43,444 nt of DNA, from positions 1 through 43,444 of the IMG/VR virus record IMGVR_UViG_2851966386_000001; one strand, 5' to 3'. The notes beneath the pieces are model-generated. The model was not told the origin of the DNA, made no database searches, and was given only the letters and a program-made list of their open reading frames with translations. Both the position numbers and the translations under genes were made by a program. Numbering within the stretch: the first letter of the stretch is position 1; every line of letters begins with the position of its first letter. The DNA comes from a virus (Duplodnaviria; Heunggongvirae; Uroviricota; Caudoviricetes). Shown piece by piece: positions 43,204 through 43,444 of the stretch.

Positions 43204-43444
43204 GGGTGTAGTACAGCACTCCACCAAGAGTAATTGCGTTGAAATTACCAACAGGCGTCAGTGTCACAGTACCAACCTGTCGAATCATACCATTTGGGAG
43301 AATATCCCAGGCAGTTTGTCCGTTTCGCGACATACCAAATGCGGACATGTCCGGGAGTTGATTATTACCGGTTCCGACATCCCGTTTTGCCGCTTCTCCC
43401 AATTGAACGTTTATGAAAATGCAGAAATAGCGCGCAAATGGCAT
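43204..43444 (-). pseudogene. 5-prime part of the alternative tail-fibre variable segment (Sv-prime), continues beyond the window
   Basis: Translation ...FINVQLGEAAKRDVGTGNNQLPDMSAFGMS... parallels Stf ...FRNALQLGTAATRDVGADNASKLLGLDSFRSM..., i.e. a paralogous receptor-binding domain on the opposite strand. Confidence 0.6.

Overview
The window starts with a complete proA gene and tRNA-Thr (thrW), followed by about 42 kb of a lambdoid prophage integrated at thrW; its right end lies beyond the window. All homology calls are from reading the translations and recalling reference proteins; no database search was run. The prophage is mosaic: a P22-type integrase and excisionase, an early-left block resembling E. 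coli CPS-53 yfdPQRST, a CI/Cro immunity switch with CTAAG-N4-CTTAG operators, and a replication initiator with embedded iterons. The nin-like region carries a PerC-like regulator, a Dam-type methyltransferase, a LexA-N-domain protein, RusA, a KilA-N protein, DUF968 and a Q-like antiterminator, followed by holin, endolysin and Rz/Rz1. The lambda cos site and a lambda-like late operon run from Nu1 through J (with the G/GT frameshift site), then lom, stf and tfa. An IS3-family element (IS629-like, 1310 bp, GGG target duplication) has split an inverted alternative tail-fibre gene next to a truncated inverted tfa. The strongest candidate for an undescribed system is an AT-rich three-gene minus-strand operon (13492..15219) between the Q-like gene and the lysis cassette, with its own intrinsic terminator and no homologue I can recognise. 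A second candidate is a single coiled-coil/zinc-ribbon gene (5894..6409) convergent with the inferred pL, preceded by an unusual GC-rich structured region.
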